In this document: positions 29,332 through 40,129 of the stretch, piece after piece | Layout of the letters: each line of letters begins with the position of its first letter | How positions within the stretch are numbered: the stretch's first letter is position 1 | Assembly (NCBI GenBank): GCA_038870975.1 | Contig: JAVZJD010000002.1 | Span: forward strand, 96,001 to 160,000 | Origin: Candidatus Bathyarchaeia archaeon | GTDB taxonomy: Archaea; Thermoproteota; CALKCG01; B24 | DNA length: 64,000 bases | Reading direction: 5' to 3' | Program-made: the position numbers and the translations under genes | The notes under the pieces: generated by a model | Told to the model about the DNA's origin: nothing | Seen by the model: only the letters and a program-made list of their open reading frames with translations | Databases searched by the model: none

Positions 29332-30598
29332 GTCTATACCCCCTTGGAGTAGCAGTTCTACCGACTATTTCTTCAAACTTGGGGAGGTATATACGTTCGA
29401 AAGTCTTTCTTCCGAGCTTTACTCTTCTGTGGACGGCTGTCAACCATATGTTGTAGTCTTCTAAGCCACCGTAACCTGCTGATATTAACCTCAAAACGTC
29501 GTCTATATCTACGTCAACAGCTTCGCTAAAATCGACTTCAGAGGTATTCTTCTCTATTCCAAAAACCCATGCTGGAGCATCCACCCTCATGGGCGTGTCA
29601 AAAATTGACGGAAGAACGTAGAATGAAACAACCGCTGGTAGTTTCGGTAGTTGTTCAATAACGTGCGACGCCCATTTGATGAAATCAGCATCCTCCGAAG
29701 ATATTGGATGGGTCAACTGTAGGTATTTCACAGGGTCTGTATCGATTAATCTATAGGCTTTTCTAGCCCCAGAGGGAGGGCTTAAAATTAAAGGCATACT
29801 GTGTCCAGGTTTTCTAGCATAGCTCATTATAATTAGGAAATCCGGCTTGAGAGTGGCATACTCTATTATAAACTCTCTAATGGGCATAGGAATTCTACCC
29901 AATATGCTACTAAGCCTCTTCCTATCTAAAGCCATGCTTAGATATTTTTCAACTTCCAATACGTTTAAATTAAACTCCTCAGCCAGTCTAAAGATTATAC
30001 TCCTCATTAAAAACTCTCTGAGGAATGAAGATCTACTCTCCTTACTCAACCCAATTATAGGGGCTCTTCTTTCTTTCGCAGTTTGGAAAAGTTTGATCAG
30101 TGTTTCAAAGTACTTTACCATGAAATCCCTACTGTACGCTGAGTCTACTTCGAGAGGGATGTGTGCTAAACGCCCATAGATGGAGCCATCTATGAGAATA
30201 TAGCCTTCAAAACCCTCTTTAAGCGCTTCTAAAACGACTCTATGCTCCAACCACTCCATCATTTTACCAACAACCGCTCTGTAATTTTCATCGGAGCTGT
30301 AGTCGAAACCCGTATGTACACTTCTGAATTTGACATTGGTATTCGACAGAGCGAGAGCTCTTACGACGTAGAAAATGCCGCCGTTAGACATAACGGTGTA
30401 CTGTAGGCTACCGTCTACTGCAAGAACTCTAAATTCATCGGATGAAGATTTTGGGAGTTCTTTAAACCTCCAATATTTTTCAAACTCCCCTCTAAGGTGA
30501 ATTGCGAGAGTGGATGAAGTTGGTTTAGAATAAGCTTCATCTATCCACACTTTCTTAACCGCAAGGTCCTGCATGTATAAGTCGAGGAATTCAGGCAC
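29315..30598 (-). CDS. nurA: NurA nuclease
   Basis: AVDGS, LIDGSI, LSKES, Y.IWL..VH motifs; first gene of the operon. Confidence 0.9.
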   Translation of the reverse strand: MPEFLDLYMQDLAVKKVWIDEAYSKPTSSTLAIHLRGEFEKYWRFKELPKSSSDEFRVLAVDGSLQYTVMSNGGIFYVVRALALSNTNVKFRSVHTGFDYSSDENYRAVVGKMMEWLEHRVVLEALKEGFEGYILIDGSIYGRLAHIPLEVDSAYSRDFMVKYFETLIKLFQTAKERRAPIIGLSKESRSSFLREFLMRSIIFRLAEEFNLNVLEVEKYLSMALDRKRLSSILGRIPMPIREFIIEYATLKPDFLIIMSYARKPGHSMPLILSPPSGARKAYRLIDTDPVKYLQLTHPISSEDADFIKWASHVIEQLPKLPAVVSFYVLPSIFDTPMRVDAPAWVFGIEKNTSEVDFSEAVDVDIDDVLRLISAGYGGLEDYNIWLTAVHRRVKLGRKTFERIYLPKFEEIVGRTATPRGYRRVRFP

Positions 30599-30770
30599 AC
30601 CAGTTCACTGAGACTATTGTATTTTCAGGAGGCTATAAACTGTTATAACTGCTGAGAAGCTACTGTGTACACTTGTTAATAGCGGAATAATCATGGTATG
30701 TGTAAACTTACCCCATTCTAAGTGTTTCATTTAAAGTTTAGAGGTTTTACTTCAGCATTTAAGCATACGA

Positions 30771-31058
30771 CTACTTATGGATTCTTCCAATAATTCTCTC
30801 CACCTGCTCCGTTAACGAATTGAGTAAACGTATAGCTTCATCTACTCTTTTGATTTCTTCGGGTTTAGGTGGCTTTTCTATACCGCAGAAATACCTCCAG
30901 TATAAGTATTGAGCCAACGTTATTCTCCTCCTGAAAAGTCTATGAAGCATTATGTCGACGGTTCCCATGTACTTCCTACCTATGAAGCTTCCGGCAAACG
31001 CCATTCCAAGGAGATACCCGATTATAACAAACCCTATATTCTGCAATAACTCGATCAT
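30771..31058 (-). CDS. Small hypothetical membrane protein
   Basis: N-terminal hydrophobic helix, 95 aa ORF with plausible start. Confidence 0.55.
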   Translation of the reverse strand: MIELLQNIGFVIIGYLLGMAFAGSFIGRKYMGTVDIMLHRLFRRRITLAQYLYWRYFCGIEKPPKPEEIKRVDEAIRLLNSLTEQVERIIGRIHK

Positions 31059-31198
31059 ATCGCCTCAAATTTCAATCTAACACTGTCTCTTAGTTAAACG
31101 TTTACTGAGACATTGAAAATATGAAGAGGAACTAGGACCTATTCTTTAGATGGAATGTCATATTCTGTTTGGAAGCACTTATGATTGGATTGAGAGCT

Positions 31199-31418
31199 TC
31201 AGCTTTTAGGTAGAGCTTCTAGGCTTAAATATCCGCTAAATCTAACCTTGTAAAGATGATGAATTACATCCTTCCAGTCAATATTATCTAATCCAGGGGG
31301 AAGTCTATTGTTTTCAGCTATGTGTACGTGTCCTATACTGCGACCTGCTCTAAGTATGGCGTTGCATATACTTCTCTATTCTATGTTTATGTGGAATGTA
31401 TCCAGTAGGAGTTTGACG
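31199..31418 (-). pseudogene. Sugar epimerase (D-tagatose/psicose 3-epimerase-like) C-terminal remnant
   Basis: Manual translation VKLLLDTFHINIE*RSICNAILRAGRSIGHVHIAENNRLPPG..IDW...GYLSLE; N-terminal half absent. Confidence 0.75.
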
Positions 31419-31447
31419 GTTAAATTAGGTATCGAGGGTCGTCAAGA

Positions 31448-31668
31448 ATGCTGAACTATGGGGAGCGCTTTAGGAGGTACATGTCTTTCAAAGACGTGGA
31501 TAGACCTCCGTTTTATGAGTTTTTGGGTTTCTGGACGGAGACCATGAATAGATGAAGGGCGAAGGGCTTCCATCTGGGGTTGACGTTTACGATTACTTTG
31601 ACTTCGATAAACGTGAGACGGTCCCTATAGATTATAGGCCGATACCGAGGTTTGTACCCAAGACTTTA
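31448..31668 (+). pseudogene. UroD-superfamily N-terminal remnant
   Basis: MLNYGERFRRYMSFKDVDRPPFYEFLGFWTETMNR, then frameshifted KGEGLP...YFDFD...PIPRF; truncated. Confidence 0.65.
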
Positions 31669-32014
31669 AATGGGGTAAACTCTGTCTATCGGGCGTCGAT
31701 AAGACGGCATCCAGTTTTAGTAAAACCACTTCTCTATGCTCAAGCAGACTTATTAGCCACTTTCATCCAGGGATTCCATCGGAGACGGAAAGCTTCATTG
31801 GAAAAAGGATCAGTCATCATCTAATTTTACGTTATCTCTACCTATGCATCGCTCCTCTTAAATTAGACGCTTTTGCCGCATACACATTTAAGATATTCTT
31901 TAAGAGGCCATCATCAGTAATCCTTGCTTGAACTCAGCCATAAAGAATACCCGTAGACTTCAGACAACTAGCATTTAAAAATATTTAAAAAGTTAGAATC
32001 CTTTAACTTTTACG

Positions 32015-32317
32015 GTGAGTTTTGTGAAAGTTGAGATTTTGGAAATGATTGTGAGGTCTTTAGCTGAACGTCCGAAGTCTATTAAGGAGCTTTCAGAAGA
32101 GCTTGGTGTAGGATGGAAGACCTGCCAGAGGTATCTTAAAAGCCTACAGCGTATAGGCGTACTAGTCGAAATAAAGACTAGGGGGGAGAGTCTATTCATG
32201 AGCCGTCAACCCTATAGACCGAAGCTTCTAACGGTACCTAAGATTAGAGTGGGGGAGAGCTTTAAGATAGTTGATGTAACACCTCCGAACGACGATGAGG
32301 TGGAGGTTCTCATGTGA
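32015..32317 (+). CDS. Small winged-helix DNA-binding protein
   Basis: SIKELSEELGVGWKTCQRYLKSL; 4-nt overlap with the downstream protease. Confidence 0.75.
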   Translation: MSFVKVEILEMIVRSLAERPKSIKELSEELGVGWKTCQRYLKSLQRIGVLVEIKTRGESLFMSRQPYRPKLLTVPKIRVGESFKIVDVTPPNDDEVEVLM

Positions 32318-32751
32318 AATGTACGCTTAGACTTGCAGATGGATATAACTATCTTAAAGAAGGCGGTTTAGAGCCATATCCAGTGATTCCAATATATCTG
32401 TATAGACGTGAATTGGAGAAGGTTATATCAGTCGATGCTCTAGTAGATACTGGATTTGATGGAGCTTTAATTCTTTCCCGCCCTCTTGGATATTACATTT
32501 CCAAACATGTTGAACCTGAGGGGTTTGAAGAGCTTGATGCCGCTGGAATAGGCATACCGTGCGATGTGTACGTCTTAAATGTACAAATCGGTAAAAGGTG
32601 GTTTAAAGTTAAAAGTCACCTGCCAAGAGCTGGAGATTTAGGGACAATAGTAGGTCGAATTTTGCTGAACAGGATTCATCTATGTTTGAGAGGACCTGAA
32701 TCTATGCTTTACCTTGCAAAGCCCAATCTTCATCCTAAGACGGGTCTCTAA
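32314..32751 (+). CDS. Clan AA aspartic protease-like protein
   Basis: ALVDTGFDG and IVGR motifs. Confidence 0.8.
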   Translation: MKCTLRLADGYNYLKEGGLEPYPVIPIYLYRRELEKVISVDALVDTGFDGALILSRPLGYYISKHVEPEGFEELDAAGIGIPCDVYVLNVQIGKRWFKVKSHLPRAGDLGTIVGRILLNRIHLCLRGPESMLYLAKPNLHPKTGL

Positions 32752-33012
32752 AAGAGGCTGTTAGAAGTTTAATAAAGCTGTTATGAAAATTTTCAATGAT
32801 TTGGAGGGTATAGGCATGGAAATTCTTCATGAAAATATGATGGAAAATCCAGAGGGGATGAGTTTACGATAAACATCTTATATGACGTCAAAATGTAAAC
32901 CTTCAAATCCACTAGGAAAAACATGGAGGAATAGGCTAGAAACGTGAAGTATAGATGGATTAGAAATCGTAGCGGTCGACGTCCTATGAGTAATCACTTC
33001 CAGCCATGGATG

Positions 33013-34413
33013 TTAAAGTGGGCTCCAAGAGAAGTCTTTGTCCAGAGGATAGAGAGGTCTTCTCACTCTTTCGTATCTGAGCTTCTCTATGATTAAGTTT
33101 GTACATCCTGGGGATAGTGCCATTAAGGCTAACTTGGCTATTCTTCTAAAATCCGGCGTTAAATATCCAAGCTTTACAACGACAATCTTCTTCTCAGCAG
33201 GGTTTACTTTAAACTCTTTAAAATCATCTATGGAAGTCCAGCCCCGTCTTCGACCAGTCAGTAGAATATCGACTCCATCTACTCTAAGGACAGCCCCATC
33301 ATCTGTCAAATTTACAACCCTACCTTTAACTTCAACTGGGTATCCATTGATTTTATCGATTTTACCGCCTATGGAAGTTTTCACATCGCCTCCTAAACCG
33401 GCTTCTCTGCATGAGCGTACAGCATCAGGGTCGTATATTCCAGCAACAACAGCATCTTCAACTTTCAAGTCTAATAGATGTTCTATGAAGATTGGCACAT
33501 CCCCAGGGGCTCCTGCTGTAACGTTATCCCCAGAATCGGATATAAACACTGGTTTCTTAGTTGAGGCTTTAGCGATCCCTATTACCTCATCTATTTCGCC
33601 AGCTTCAACTTCAAGTCTAAACTCTCTCCTCTTATCCCAGTAGGCTTTTGCAAGTCTGCAAGCCGCTTCATAAGCTTCGCTTTCGCGTTTTCCATTTGAG
33701 ACGACTATGGCACTAGCGCTTGCCTGAGGCGTATCAGCCCAAGCCATACCGACAAGCATAGATGAATCTACTACACCTGTTTTCCGGTCTATTTCCTCAA
33801 GGCTCCGGTATATGCTGGCGGCGGGTTCAATCGACGTAACAACGTACTCCCCTGGTAGTAGAACTGGAGGTTTAACGATAATGGTGGTCGGTTTAATACT
33901 GGTTTTTATAGAGCGTAGGAGAAGCTTGGCGGCTTTCAACGCAGTTTCGTAGGCATCTACATGTGGAGCTGTCCTATAGGCTGTCAATATGTCTGCGTAT
34001 TCGACGATTTCAGGGTTTAAATTGCCATGAAGGTCTAAAGCAATAGATACTACAGTCTTCCAGCTTACGATTTCTCTAACGCATTTAAGAAGATGTGTCT
34101 CTCCGCTTCCAACTTCCTCAACCTCCATAGCACCATGGAGGAGGAGACATACACCATCGATTTTACCAGCATCTTCAAGAGCTTTAAGCATTTCACCCTC
34201 CAAATGTAGGAAAGTACTTCTAGAAACGACACCGGAGGGAAGAGCCCAAGCATGGATGGTTGGAGTAACTTTAACCCCCTTATCTATGAGAAATCTAGCG
34301 ACACCATCTTTAAGAAGTTCATCACCTTTGATGACGTTAAAATCCTCTATACTGGTAGGTAGGGGACTAAACGTATTAGACTCATGACCTATACCACCTA
34401 AAGCAATACGCAT
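33013..34413 (-). CDS. M81 family metallopeptidase (MlrC-like)
   Basis: HESNTFS, LHGAM, DLHGN, YRTAPHVD, DSGDN..AG motifs. Confidence 0.92.
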   Translation of the reverse strand: MRIALGGIGHESNTFSPLPTSIEDFNVIKGDELLKDGVARFLIDKGVKVTPTIHAWALPSGVVSRSTFLHLEGEMLKALEDAGKIDGVCLLLHGAMEVEEVGSGETHLLKCVREIVSWKTVVSIALDLHGNLNPEIVEYADILTAYRTAPHVDAYETALKAAKLLLRSIKTSIKPTTIIVKPPVLLPGEYVVTSIEPAASIYRSLEEIDRKTGVVDSSMLVGMAWADTPQASASAIVVSNGKRESEAYEAACRLAKAYWDKRREFRLEVEAGEIDEVIGIAKASTKKPVFISDSGDNVTAGAPGDVPIFIEHLLDLKVEDAVVAGIYDPDAVRSCREAGLGGDVKTSIGGKIDKINGYPVEVKGRVVNLTDDGAVLRVDGVDILLTGRRRGWTSIDDFKEFKVNPAEKKIVVVKLGYLTPDFRRIAKLALMALSPGCTNLIIEKLRYERVRRPLYPLDKDFSWSPL

Positions 34414-34624
34414 TAAAACACCCTCAATTGAAATGTATCACATAAAAGTGATATTTTATCTTATACGTCTAAGAATCTCTCCACCCAACACTAGTCCGAT
34501 CGTTCTAATAACATCACGTAGTACATGAGAAGTAACTTTAAATGCGTAGAGAACATTTAAGGGTTGAATTTATCCATTTTACACCGTAATTGGCGTCTAA
34601 TGTAATAGCTCTAGAGAAGGGTTT

Positions 34625-37081
34625 TCAGATGAGTGATTTCTCGATAAGGTCACATTCTACAATGGGTTTCTCTCTATTTAGAGGTATTCTAAGAGTTTTT
34701 ATTTCGAAGGGTTTTAGATGGACGTTTAAATCTCTGCCGAGGACTGTAGATTTAACTCTAGCCGTACGGCTTCTCCCAGTATACTCCACAATTCTAACGA
34801 CGACGTCATCAGAGTCTTCAGCCAGCTTAACGACAGAGAGTGCAACATCGGAAGGGTCTACCTCAACTAGGGAGAGTTCTCCTGGCATAGGTCCACTATG
34901 CTGTTCTTCAAAGACGTAGAAGAAGCCACTGTTCAATATTTCTGAGAGTTCAAATATTCTATGGAAGTTTTCCATCCAACTGTTTAAATGGGGTAGTAGA
35001 ATGTATCTGAAGTTCTGCTCCCCTTGGTCTATGTACGGGTAGTCTTCAAACCTAGGGTCGACTTTATGCGGGTCGTGTTGAGCATATGGTGGGCTTCTGA
35101 GTACGCTCATACGGATTTCTGAGCCGTACACGTCGAATCCGTATTTGGAGTCGTTTATAACTGTTAGCCCGTACTCCAATTCACGGTTTAACGTATGATA
35201 CTTACCCGATACATCAACCCATCTTTGACCCGGCTCCTCCTCCCCATTGGCTGGTCTAACGATAACACCGTAAGGTATCTCATAAGTCGCGGTGGATTCT
35301 TCGAGGTTTACTGGGAACGATAGTTTAAGCATTCTATGCTTCTCCCTCCAATCAACTCTAACTCTAACATCTAGAAAATCTAGCCCCCTGTAGAGTGAAA
35401 AGTACTGCCATATGGTTGAATTGCGATAGTTCGTTTTAACTCTAACAGTAGCTCTAACAGGGCCAGATTCAACCAGGGAGACTTCAGCACCTCCAAATCT
35501 TCCCTCTTCAAACCTGAATTTGGAGATGCCATGGCCCCAAGTATCACCCTCATCCTTCAGTACTACGGGTGAAGCACCGTAGCCGTTGAAGACGTTGATG
35601 TCAAGCCGTTTATCGTAGAGCATTTTAATAGCCCCATTCTCCTGGTCTAATTCAACTATGAGGTAGTCGTTTTCAATCCTCCCATGGGAAGCCCTTAAAA
35701 CACCTTCAAATTCCTGCGGAGGTTTATCGCTTCCAACCAATCTATAGGTTTTATACCCTAAACTTGGCACGTCGGCTATGAATAGTCCTCTCTTAAGACC
35801 CGCGGTTGAAGAAGGGTGAACTGTTTGAACTGGAATAGGCTTCCCACCTCCATCTACAAGGGAATAATCCGTAGGCCAAGGCTCAACTTCCACTGGGAAG
35901 ACCGCTCGAACGCCAGTCGGGTTGAAGACAACCAAAGATCTACCGCTACTAGTATCGATTTGAGAGGAAACCCGTTGAACGGCTAAATTTAAGACTTCGT
36001 ATGCTATGTTTAGAGATTCACCGTAGATGTTTCTAACGTCCCAGTATGCCTCAGGTATACAAGTTCCAGCTAGAATATCGTGAAATTGGCATAAGAGGAT
36101 GAGTTTCCAGCCGCGTCTAAGCCTCTCCCTTGGATACTCCAACCCGCTGGTCACATATGCGAGTACAGATATTCTTTCAGCAGCCATAACCATGTTTTCG
36201 GCTCTCCTGTTCAGAGCTTTAACTTCAGATAGGACTGAGTAGCATCCGCTTGCATGGTGTTGAAGTTCATCTCTAACTACTGGGATATTCTGGTAGAGTT
36301 CTAAAATACGTTTGAAGAATTCCTCCGGGTTTGCAAACGCAACCCTGCCATCTCCCACTTCTTCAGAGGCTTTACGTACTGCTTCGATATCGTTCTCAGT
36401 AGGTCCCCCTCCATGGTCTCCAGCGCCGAATAATATTAGCAGGGCGGGTATAGGCGGGTTTGCTACACTATTCTTTACCACTCTGTAGAGTTCTCCGTTG
36501 GATACTGTGTAGCTGACTGGATGTCTATATGTTAGTATCCTACTGCCGTCTGGAGACTCCCACCAGAAGATCGGCGATGGAAGATTCTTCTCATGGCCAC
36601 CGGGTCTCATGAATATGTAGTACTTGTATCCGGTTTTCCTGAGTATTTGAGGTAGTGATGCATTATGTCCAAAGCTATCTATGTTATATCCGATCGTAAC
36701 ATCGAAGCCCAGCTTCTCTTTAAAGTAGGATTTACCGTAGATTGCATGGCGAACATAGGATTCACCGCATGGAATATTGCAGTCTGGTTCAACAATCCAT
36801 CCCCCGACTGGAATCCACCTACTCTCTCCAACAAGTCTCTTAACTTCTTCGAAAAGTTGAGGTTCACACTCCTCAAGCCACTCGTACATTATAGCCGATG
36901 AAAATACGAAGGTTAGCGACGGATTCTTCTTCATAAGCTCGACAACACGTCTAACGGTATACCTCACAGTCCAAAAGCCTTCAAACCACCTCCAAAGCCA
37001 CACTGGGTCTATGTGGGCATTACCAGCTAGAAATAGCTCGACCAAATTCAACACCGCTAGAAACCCTACGACATACGCCAA
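34625..37081 (-). CDS. Alpha-mannosidase, GH38
   Basis: GNAHIDPVWLW, IDSFGH, GDHGGG, QFHDIL; real start may be TTG at ~37045. Confidence 0.93.
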   Translation of the reverse strand: MAYVVGFLAVLNLVELFLAGNAHIDPVWLWRWFEGFWTVRYTVRRVVELMKKNPSLTFVFSSAIMYEWLEECEPQLFEEVKRLVGESRWIPVGGWIVEPDCNIPCGESYVRHAIYGKSYFKEKLGFDVTIGYNIDSFGHNASLPQILRKTGYKYYIFMRPGGHEKNLPSPIFWWESPDGSRILTYRHPVSYTVSNGELYRVVKNSVANPPIPALLILFGAGDHGGGPTENDIEAVRKASEEVGDGRVAFANPEEFFKRILELYQNIPVVRDELQHHASGCYSVLSEVKALNRRAENMVMAAERISVLAYVTSGLEYPRERLRRGWKLILLCQFHDILAGTCIPEAYWDVRNIYGESLNIAYEVLNLAVQRVSSQIDTSSGRSLVVFNPTGVRAVFPVEVEPWPTDYSLVDGGGKPIPVQTVHPSSTAGLKRGLFIADVPSLGYKTYRLVGSDKPPQEFEGVLRASHGRIENDYLIVELDQENGAIKMLYDKRLDINVFNGYGASPVVLKDEGDTWGHGISKFRFEEGRFGGAEVSLVESGPVRATVRVKTNYRNSTIWQYFSLYRGLDFLDVRVRVDWREKHRMLKLSFPVNLEESTATYEIPYGVIVRPANGEEEPGQRWVDVSGKYHTLNRELEYGLTVINDSKYGFDVYGSEIRMSVLRSPPYAQHDPHKVDPRFEDYPYIDQGEQNFRYILLPHLNSWMENFHRIFELSEILNSGFFYVFEEQHSGPMPGELSLVEVDPSDVALSVVKLAEDSDDVVVRIVEYTGRSRTARVKSTVLGRDLNVHLKPFEIKTLRIPLNREKPIVECDLIEKSLI

Positions 37082-37309
37082 CTAAAATAGAAGACGTTTC
37101 CTAATATGTCTTTTTCACTCCGAAGTTTACTAGATAGACTTCATACGATTTACTCTTCAATAGAAGAGCGTATTCTATGCGGGTTAACTCTCTAAAATCT
37201 GTAGACCCTCCACACGGTTGGAAAATAATGTATAAGCTGAGAATTCAAATGTATGGGGCCTCAAAATAAAATGTACATTTTAGAATCTGCCTATAATGAG
37301 GAGGCATTG

Positions 37310-37930
37310 TCACTCTACTTTTATCGGCTCACCTTTAAATTCTCTGCCCTTCTTCTTTGGAAGTCTAACCTCTAATACACCATTCTTGTAGGTAGATTTA
37401 GCCTCTTTTGGATCCACCTTCTCAGGCAGTTCAACTTCCTTATAGTACTTGCGTTGCTTCGATTCAGCGCTTATTACCAACGTTGTTTCCGTTGCCTGAA
37501 GTTTTATATCTTCTTTTTCAACACCTGGCAATTCGGCTATAACGTTTATTTCACCATCCGTGCTGATAACTTCAACCAGCGGCTCCCTCTCCTCGCTGAC
37601 AGATATTGACGGTCTACCGAAGCCACGGACACTAGGCTTTATATTACCGAACTCTCTAATCCTAGGCTTATTATCTGGCCCTATTGTTATACTATACCCG
37701 TATACGAACGGCCCCCACTCACGTACCCTCGTACCGTCCGGTAGAACCCTTTCACGCGTCAAATCCTTAGGAATACTCTTGGATAATTCTTCGAATTCTC
37801 TCTCGAAGGCGCGCTCCATCTCCCTGAGCATTTCATCCATTTCTCTAAAGAAGCTTGAAAAGGGCCACATACGTCTCCTAAACCATCTATCCCAAAACTC
37901 ATCCCAAAACTCAGACATGACGGGCACCAA
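37310..37930 (-). CDS. hsp20: Archaeal small heat-shock protein Hsp20
   Basis: GPFVYGYSITIGPD.KP.IREFGN, EPLVEV, AELPGVEKEDI, YKNGVLEV. Confidence 0.93.
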   Translation of the reverse strand: MVPVMSEFWDEFWDRWFRRRMWPFSSFFREMDEMLREMERAFEREFEELSKSIPKDLTRERVLPDGTRVREWGPFVYGYSITIGPDNKPRIREFGNIKPSVRGFGRPSISVSEEREPLVEVISTDGEINVIAELPGVEKEDIKLQATETTLVISAESKQRKYYKEVELPEKVDPKEAKSTYKNGVLEVRLPKKKGREFKGEPIKVE

Positions 37931-38332
37931 GATATATTAAACTCTTCCTCCAATTAACCTTTTCTCATCCATTTAAAGCATTGCCGCATGAAGTATAGAG
38001 TAAGCTTTTTGCAACCTCTTGTGGTGAAGACCTCGCAAACTCCTTTTTCTCTCTCAATCTTTTCTTGGAAGAAGTAAGCCTATCTATAACAGAAGTTCAT
38101 CGTTTTTAATGTTGAACCGTTTTTTCTACAAGTGGATTGCTTGCATATGAATGTTTACGATGGGCTTAAATGTGAGTTTAAAGGAAGGGAAATCCATGGT
38201 CAGACCTGCTGGTTGAAACCTGAAGCCCTCCTAAACATAGCGATGCATAATTGCACTTATGCTGAGATTACTTTAAATATTTACTGAGGGCTTTTTCTTG
38301 GAAGAGGTAGAACAAAAATAATTAAATACTAC

Positions 38333-38361
38333 TTTAACCTCTAGTAGTACTAGAGGTTAAA
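38333..38361 (+). promoter_or_regulatory. Perfect 14-bp inverted repeat, probable AbrB antitoxin operator
   Basis: TTTAACCTCTAGTA-G-TACTAGAGGTTAAA ending on the A of the ATG. Confidence 0.7.
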
Positions 38362-38588
38362 TGAAGGAGATATTAGTGACAAGGAAGGGTCAAGTGACTA
38401 TCCCAGTAGAATACAGGAGGAAGTATAGGATTAGGGAGGGGGTTAAGGTGTTGATAGAAGATATTGGTAATGGCCTCTTGCTTAAACCAGTTCCTAGCTT
38501 AGAGGAGCAGGCTGGGATTGACGCTGGGAAGTATGATGTTAAAGAGCTGAAGAAATTGCTTGACCGGATGCGTGAAGAGTGGCGTTGA
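38361..38588 (+). CDS. AbrB/MazE-family antitoxin
   Basis: VTRKGQVTIPVEYRRKY.I.EG motif. Confidence 0.9.
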   Translation: MKEILVTRKGQVTIPVEYRRKYRIREGVKVLIEDIGNGLLLKPVPSLEEQAGIDAGKYDVKELKKLLDRMREEWR

Positions 38589-38998
38589 GAGCGGTCTTGG
38601 ATACAAGGTTCTACTTCTCATATTACAATCCAGAGAATGGAGAAGTTGCTAGTTGGACCAGAAGTATTGTTCAGGGTATATTGAAGGGAGAACTTAAGGT
38701 AGCTTCATCTGTGATTACGATTGCTGAGCTTTATGGTACTATGGGAAGGTTGGTTGGAATGGATGCTGTGAAGTTGAGGATCGCTTCTAGTAAAGCTTCG
38801 AATATACTATTCATCCCTATAACCGAGGATATAGCCCATATTGCCGGGGAAATCACCTTAAGAACTCCGAAAATTCCATTAGCTGACGCTATAATTGCTG
38901 CAACAGCCTTAATTCACGCCCATGGAGTTGTAGTTACAGATGATGAACACTTTAAACTCGTAAAAGGCATCGAGACAGTATGGTTAAAGAGTATTTAA
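38579..38998 (+). CDS. VapC/PIN toxin
   Basis: VLDT, TIAE, LADAIIAATA, VTDDEHF. Confidence 0.9.
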   Translation: MALRAVLDTRFYFSYYNPENGEVASWTRSIVQGILKGELKVASSVITIAELYGTMGRLVGMDAVKLRIASSKASNILFIPITEDIAHIAGEITLRTPKIPLADAIIAATALIHAHGVVVTDDEHFKLVKGIETVWLKSI

Positions 38999-39113
38999 AA
39001 GTGTTTAAAAGCTTCTTTGACCTCTGGTTTTGTCAAAGCAAAAATAGAGGCCATGTGTTTAGTTAGCCACCTCCTCTAGAAATAGTATCTAATATTGATA
39101 CAGGCGAGGGGTG

Positions 39114-39339
39114 GAGTACGCTAGAACCAAAGGCATCATATACGTAAAGAAGGCTACTTAAACATAGAAACATTCGGAACGCTCTAATCTACATCTAGCT
39201 GGTAAGCTTCGAAAGCGAAGAATGCATCTGCAAGACTGCTAAAACAGTTGAGGAAGCTAGAGGAATGATCGAAGCGAGCTTTCGAACACTATGCGAAATC
39301 GACGGGATCAAATTCTTCAGGAAGTGTAAGTGGCCATAG
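39114..39339 (+). pseudogene. Tyrosine integrase C-terminal remnant
   Basis: EYARTKGIIYV..LLKHRNIRNALIYI*LVSFESEECICKTAKTVEEA..MIEA...CEIDGIKFFRK; degenerate LGH..Y region; homologous to the remnant at 51418. Confidence 0.75.
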
Positions 39340-39352
39340 CCATAATTTGAAA

Positions 39353-39376
39353 TGGGGCCGCTGAGATTTGAACCCA
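39353..39376 (-). repeat. att-like copy of the tRNA-Pro 3' end
   Basis: TGGGGCCGCTGAGATTTGAACCCA matches 51603-51626 at 23/24 nt. Confidence 0.85.
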
Positions 39377-39879
39377 TAACATCAACGCATGGAGAAATCC
39401 CCCGCAAAACCCCCTATTTTTTCTTCTACGAGTCTGCCGTTAGGCTACCTCCCGTAGGATGGATTCTTCAGCCGGATTGTTTAGTAGTATTCAGGTTTAA
39501 TATATGTGGGGTGGAAGTTAGGGGGAGGATAAATATAGCCGCCTTCTGGCACGGCTATATTTTAACGTCATCAAACTCCATACATAGAGGCGTTAAACTC
39601 TCCAACGCAATAGCCATGTATAAAGCTGGCAGAAAATTCGGAGTATATGTAAAACGATAGTAGGTTTGTGGAAGGAATATGCCGTCGACAAGTTTTTTCT
39701 ATCCATTCTAAATGTTCCTTTTTTAATTTTTACCTGGGAATTTGCATTGGGAGTGCTGTCTGTTTCAATAATTATTCAGCCTAATACAAGTGTTTGTGAA
39801 GGCTTTGTAAACGGTATTATGAGCTTAAGTATGGGTCTATAGTTTTAGCCCTTGTCAAGGTTAGGGTTGAAGGTGGAGG

Positions 39880-39945
39880 CTTCACGCTGAGCTGGACCTG
39901 CAACCTGGCTGAACAATGCCATAACGAAGAGTGCTTCTACGCTAA
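39880..39945 (+). repeat. 66-bp homologous segment, inverted copy at 45769-45834
   Basis: 53/66 identity by manual alignment; both read FTLSWTCN.....EECFYAK. Confidence 0.8.
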
Positions 39946-40129
39946 GTCTAGATCCATAGTTTAGAGTATGATTGTCAGGTTGGTTAAGCTTAAATGGTGA
40001 ATACTTGAGATTATTTATTGAAGGCTATGGTTAAGTGTCCAGCTGCGGTATGGATGTTAGTCCTCATTCTCATATTTTGAGGGGATTAGTTTTAAATATG
40101 GTTAAAGGGTAACTATTACTTGACCTATA

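Noticed and set aside
31370-31385. In-frame TAG as pyrrolysine in the epimerase fragment
   Set aside because: The gene is truncated; a GAG-to-TAG nonsense change at a conserved NIEE position is the simpler explanation
31740-31820. LRWNP peptide on the minus strand resembling a GalT N-terminus
   Set aside because: Too short and followed by a stop; cannot be supported
39353-39400. Second tRNA-Pro gene
   Set aside because: Only the 3' acceptor strand and T arm are present; no anticodon or D arm
39352-39660. 102-aa ORF starting MGPLRFEP
   Set aside because: Its start is a translation of the tRNA-derived att repeat; no recognisable family
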